A stretch of DNA of 64,000 bases from an uncultured bacterium (GTDB lineage Bacteria; Chloroflexota; UBA5177; JANWHV01): contig CAWHAE010000010.1 in the NCBI GenBank assembly GCA_963827235.1, positions 480,001-544,000 on the forward strand, given 5' to 3'. The notes beneath the pieces are model-generated. The model saw only the letters and a list, made by a program, of their open reading frames with translations. It had not been told where the DNA came from and did not search any database. Below, in pieces: positions 59,667 through 64,000 of the stretch. The position numbers and the translations under genes were made by a program. The first letter of the stretch is position 1; the number at the start of each line of letters is the position of its first letter.

Positions 59667-60482
59667 ATGCGTTGCGTTCGACACCTGCTCCTGGCCGCGG
59701 CACTGGTGCTGCTTGGTCTGGTCACCGAGTCCGCCGGCGGGAGGACGGCCCTGATCGGGCCGAAGGCCTATTATCTGGCCCTCGGGGACTCAATCACGTG
59801 GGGCTCGACCCCGGCAGGCGCCGCCCACAGCTTTGCGGATGATCTGGCCACTGTTTTCGCGCCGCTCGGCATGAAAAGAGTGATCAACCTGGCTTGCCCG
59901 GGTGAGACCACCACGACGTTCATCCAGAGCGGCTGCCCCTGGGCCCGCCTCAATCGCTATCCCTATCAGGGCGCGCAGCTCGCGGCCGCTCTTGCATTCC
60001 TGCAACAACATCCCGGCGAAGTGAGTCCGATTACCGTTGAGATCGGATACAACGACCCGTCGAACGACGATCTATTCAGGGCAAACTGCACGCTGGCGCC
60101 ACGGGCTCAAATCGTCGCTTCACTGGCCGGGTTCGACGCCAACGTGCGCACCATTCTGTCCGGACTAACTACCGCACTGCACGGCACCGGCGACCTGATC
60201 GTCACCAACAACTACGTGGCGACGCAGAACTCGTGCGCGGCTACCAACACAATCCAGCGCGAGTTCAACGCCCATATCGCCACCGCAGTAAAGGCGGTTC
60301 GCGCCACACTGGTGCCGATCTACGACCTGTTCAACACGCCTTCGGGCCGGAGCCCGGCACTCTGCCGCTTGACCTGGATCTGCAGCCGCTACGGCGATCT
60401 TCACCCGAACGGCGCGGGACAGGCAGCAATCGCGCAGCGCATTCTGTCGGTTACTGGCTATGTACGCCGAGCATCGTCGTAG
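59667..60482 (+). CDS. Secreted SGNH/GDSL hydrolase
   Basis: YLALGDSITWG, NLACPGETT, IGYND, DLHPN..G; signal peptide. Confidence 0.9.
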   Translation: MRCVRHLLLAAALVLLGLVTESAGGRTALIGPKAYYLALGDSITWGSTPAGAAHSFADDLATVFAPLGMKRVINLACPGETTTTFIQSGCPWARLNRYPYQGAQLAAALAFLQQHPGEVSPITVEIGYNDPSNDDLFRANCTLAPRAQIVASLAGFDANVRTILSGLTTALHGTGDLIVTNNYVATQNSCAATNTIQREFNAHIATAVKAVRATLVPIYDLFNTPSGRSPALCRLTWICSRYGDLHPNGAGQAAIAQRILSVTGYVRRASS

Positions 60483-60712
60483 TCGCCTCATCGAACCGTC
60501 GCGCGCTGTCGAGACGCCGATGCATCGGCCTACCGAGCTGCCAATGGTGGCCACACGGTTCGACCATCCGCCCTACGCGCGCGCCAGCCGTGGTCCTCGA
60601 CCGCGCCTCCTGCCTCGGTTGCGCCCGGGGCGGCGGCACACGCGCACCAGGCGTCCGGGTCGCCTGCCGCCAAGGTCATCCGGCACGCTACCGAGACGGA
60701 CGCGGCGACGGC

Positions 60713-61504
60713 CTATGGCCCCGGCTGCGCTTCAGATGAAAAGGCAGCGGTCAGCTTCCACTTGGCCGTGCACCGGTTGTAGCCCTTGCCCTCGGCGGGC
60801 AGGCCGCAGGAAATGCCCATAGTGTCCCCAACCGGCGTCAGCGAGGCGAGCTGGTTGGGGTCGTCGACCTGGCCGGTCGTTATTTCCATGCCTTGCAGTG
60901 TGACGGCATTGGTCTTCAGCGACGGCGTCAGGTACTCGATGTCCACGGGAGCCGGCGTGGCGTGGCTGCTCCGCGGCTTCAGATCGCATATGTTCTTTGA
61001 GCCAGCCCCGGCGGCCTCGTCGACGGCTGGAAACGGCGCATCCCCGGTGAAGAGGAAGTGATAATGCTTGTCCCAATACCAGGCGTGATTCTGGAGGCCG
61101 GAGCCGAACTGCATGTGGCCTTTTCCTCCTCCGGAGCCCTTGGTGATCGAGATAACCTTGCAGGGGCCACCGCCTTCATCGCCATAGAACGTGTCCGAGT
61201 AGACGGCTGAAGGCAGCCCGTCTTCGCGCCTAGTCAGACCGACGACGATCGACAGGTCTTCGCGGATCGTATGGTGAACCCCGTAGACGGTGAAGTCTCC
61301 GTCCTGCGTGAAGTGGATGGTGCCGTGCAGCCACACATAGCATGGGCCGCCGGGCTTGCACGGGAACGGTTGCGGCTTGGTCGCAGCCTGGGCGCCGGGA
61401 AGTGCCCAGGCCAGGCAGGTCACCAGCGCCGCCGACGTGCGCAGCACGGAGCTTCCCACGCGCTTGCTCAGGACAGAAAGTCGCGCAGTTCTCTTCATGT
61501 GCAT
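60713..61504 (-). CDS. Secreted hypothetical protein (Cys-containing, beta-rich)
   Basis: GGAGGAG RBS; signal peptide ending AQA; no family recognised. Confidence 0.7.
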   Translation of the reverse strand: MHMKRTARLSVLSKRVGSSVLRTSAALVTCLAWALPGAQAATKPQPFPCKPGGPCYVWLHGTIHFTQDGDFTVYGVHHTIREDLSIVVGLTRREDGLPSAVYSDTFYGDEGGGPCKVISITKGSGGGKGHMQFGSGLQNHAWYWDKHYHFLFTGDAPFPAVDEAAGAGSKNICDLKPRSSHATPAPVDIEYLTPSLKTNAVTLQGMEITTGQVDDPNQLASLTPVGDTMGISCGLPAEGKGYNRCTAKWKLTAAFSSEAQPGP

Positions 61505-61731
61505 TCTCCTCCAATTGCCTGCCGCTCCAGGCCCGGAGGATGCGAGGCGGCAAGCAGCCGAGCGCTACTCCGGCTCAGCTCCATACATACTCTAGCCCGG
61601 CCATGTTGCAGCGCGATTGCGGCGCGCCGGCCTGAGCCGGCTCAGGTGGAGAGGGCGCATCTTGGGCAACATGCACCCGCATCTTGGGGAACGGCGAATG
61701 CACATGCCGTAGCGGGGGGAGAAGAAGATCT

Positions 61732-62496
61732 TCAACTCGCGACGACCACCTCAAGCCCGGCGTCTCTGAATGGAGCCAACCTCCGTTCGGGAGACCCCGT
61801 ATCCGTGATCAGGATGTGTGCGGCGGAGACGGGCGCAATCAGTGCCATGGTAAGCCGGCCGATCTTGGTGTGGTCGGCCACGACGACGACCCGCTCGGCG
61901 CGGCGAATGATGGCGAGGCTCGTGTGCGCCTCGAGCTGGTTGTAGGTGGTCAGCCCGTGCTTCGCGGTCAGACCGTCGACGCCAATGAACGCGGTGTTGA
62001 GGAAGATGCCTTCGAGCAGCAGCTCGGGCTGAGGGCCGGACATCTCCAGCGTGCTCCTGAGCCTGCCACCGAGCACCGTGACCTCCATACCCGGCTGATC
62101 GACCAACTCGTTCGCCGCTCCCAGTGAATTGGTAACCACGCGCAGCGCCCCCATGTACCGTATGGCGCGTGCAACGTGCAGCGTCGTCGTCCCGCCGTTG
62201 AGGCCGATCACGTCACCATCCGACACCAACCGCGCGGCCGCTGCCGCGATGGCCGTCTTTTCCTCAACGCAGAGCATCGCTCTGTCGCGGAGAGTCCGTT
62301 CCGGGACCGTTGCCTCTGCCCGCAGCAAGGCCCCGCCGTACGTCCGGCGGAGGAGGCCCAGTTCTTCCAGGTGATGCAGGTCGCGGCGAAGCGTCGCCTC
62401 CGAGCAGTGCAGCAACCGGCTGAGCGCGGACACCTTGATCGATCCCTGCTGAGACAGCGAGCGCAGAATAGCGTCGCGCCGTACCGCTCCGAGCAT
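61732..62496 (-). CDS. DeoR/GlpR family transcriptional regulator
   Basis: SEATLRRDL..LEE.GLLRRTYGGA, EKTAIA, LNGGTTT, VVTNSL, VADHTKIG. Confidence 0.92.
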   Translation of the reverse strand: MLGAVRRDAILRSLSQQGSIKVSALSRLLHCSEATLRRDLHHLEELGLLRRTYGGALLRAEATVPERTLRDRAMLCVEEKTAIAAAAARLVSDGDVIGLNGGTTTLHVARAIRYMGALRVVTNSLGAANELVDQPGMEVTVLGGRLRSTLEMSGPQPELLLEGIFLNTAFIGVDGLTAKHGLTTYNQLEAHTSLAIIRRAERVVVVADHTKIGRLTMALIAPVSAAHILITDTGSPERRLAPFRDAGLEVVVAS

Positions 62497-62887
62497 CAGA
62501 CCGTCGTCCCCACTCCCGCGCGCGGACATCCGCACCAGCTTTCAACTAGCCATGCCCACCGGGAGACCTGCCTAGGGCCGTGTCCGGCAGCCAAGCATGG
62601 AAACAACTCACTCTTGCCCGCTCGTCACACTCTACAGCGATGACCGTCTCGCGACGGATGGACCACTCCCCGCCGCGCTCCGGGCGCGGCCAGCACGCCG
62701 CGCACGCACATTCTGTCACGCAAAGTCGACTATGGTCAAGCAATGTTGCACACAGTCGGCTAATCGCGAGGCGCCCCGCGCATCTGCAGCCCGGCCGATG
62801 TCAAGCCGACTGCCATGGCGAGCTCGGCAAGGGCCGGCCAACGATCAAGCTCGATCATACTCGTGCAGCCGCTGGTACCGGGTTTGC

Positions 62888-62916
62888 TTGACAGTGCTCG
62901 AGATGACTGCTAGAGT
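62888..62916 (+). promoter_or_regulatory. Sigma70-type promoter for the GH4 gene
   Basis: TTGACA (62888), 17-bp spacer, TAGAGT (62911), preceded by TGn (extended -10). Confidence 0.6.
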
Positions 62917-62993
62917 GGGCGATCGAGGTCGGATCGGAACCGGCAAATGTGAAGGCCGGCTGGCTCGAAAGGCAGCTGTGAGGGAAAAAGCGC

Positions 62994-64000
62994 ATGAAGG
63001 AACGGATCGTGCTCGTCGGTGCCGGGAGTGCCGTCTTTACAAGGGGTCTGGTTGCCGACCTCATCCGCTTTCGAGCCGATGCACACCTGGCGCTGGTAGA
63101 CGTGGACCCGGCCGCGCTGGAGGTTGCCGCCCGGCTGTCGCGCAAGATGGCCGGCGCCGCCCAGGCGCCGCTCGAGATCGGGTCTTCCGTCGACATCCGC
63201 ACGGTCCTGCCGGGCGCGACCGCGATCATCTGCACGATCGGCGTGGGCGGCCGCCGGGCCTGGGAGCGCGACGTCTTCGTGCCGCGGAAGCACGGCATCT
63301 TCATGCCCGTGGGCGATACCGTCGGTCCGGGCGGAAGCTCACGCGCCCTGCGCATGATCCCGCCCATGGTCGAAATCGCCAAGCACGTACAGGAACTGGC
63401 GCCCGGCGCGTTGTTCTTCAACTACGGCAATCCCATGGCGCCGGTCTGCCGGGCCGTTCGCAAGGCGACGAGAGCGAAGATGGTGGGTCTCTGCCACGGC
63501 GTGCACCAGGTGGAGCACTATCTCGCGGACGCGCTTGGTGTGCCGCATGAACAGCTCTGTTCTGTCGCCGTGGGTATCAACCACCTCACCTGGTTTGTAG
63601 AGGCGCGTGTGAACGGTGTGGACGCCATGCCGCGACTGCGCGCGATGGCAAGCGCGCGCTCGAGCGGCCCGCTGCCGTCGAAGCCGGGCGCGCAGAAGCC
63701 CTCGCCATTCAGCGATCCCACGGACAACCCGTTCAGCTGGGAGCTGCTGCACCGCTTTGGCGCCTTCCCAGCCGCCATGGACCGTCACGTAACGGAGTTC
63801 TTTCCGCAGTTCTTCCGCGACGGCGCCTACTATGGGAAGACGCTCGGCCACGACGCATTCAGCTTCGAGGGTACTATCGGCCATGGCGACAGCACGTTCG
63901 CCCAGATGGCCCAGGACGCGTATGCGCCGGGGCCGCTACCGCACGACTACCTCGACCGAATCGGCGGCGAGCACGAGCAGGTTCTCGACATCATCCAGGC
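62994..64000 (+). CDS. Family 4 glycoside hydrolase (alpha-galactosidase/glucuronidase-like), runs off the window
   Basis: Manual translation gives [46 protein letters not shown]; no stop before the window end. Confidence 0.9.
   Translation, partial: MKERIVLVGAGSAVFTRGLVADLIRFRADAHLALVDVDPAALEVAARLSRKMAGAAQAPLEIGSSVDIRTVLPGATAIICTIGVGGRRAWERDVFVPRKHGIFMPVGDTVGPGGSSRALRMIPPMVEIAKHVQELAPGALFFNYGNPMAPVCRAVRKATRAKMVGLCHGVHQVEHYLADALGVPHEQLCSVAVGINHLTWFVEARVNGVDAMPRLRAMASARSSGPLPSKPGAQKPSPFSDPTDNPFSWELLHRFGAFPAAMDRHVTEFFPQFFRDGAYYGKTLGHDAFSFEGTIGHGDSTFAQMAQDAYAPGPLPHDYLDRIGGEHEQVLDIIQ

Overview
This is a high-GC bacterial chromosomal segment. Gene content and protein style suggest a Chloroflexota-like soil organism, but that is an inference. 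It holds about 55 supportable genes and no recognisable rRNA, tRNA, CRISPR array, transposase or phage genes. The main blocks, in order, are: two ABC import loci; a five-gene run (hypothetical, two double-YbjQ proteins, Nudix, phospholipase D); rpiA; pstSCAB-phoU facing an atypical PhoB-like regulator across two sets of 11-bp-periodic TTAACA boxes; deoC; htpG-epimerase-ackA; crtB-crtY-crtI; dgoD; an orphan parAB pair with candidate parS palindromes beside an rtcB remnant; two ABC-2 exporters, one with PadR operators; a CheB-CheR-histidine kinase; moaA; a large secreted glycoside hydrolase; a degenerate GGDEF protein; and sugar catabolism genes (prs, xylB, GH130, DeoR, GH4). The most interesting signals are the pseudo-receiver Pho regulator, two unexplained ~90-100 nt structured intergenic elements, the parAB palindromes, the YbjQ operon, an apparent ACG start for crtB and two unusual methyltransferase fusions. 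All calls come from motif recognition by eye; no database searches were run.
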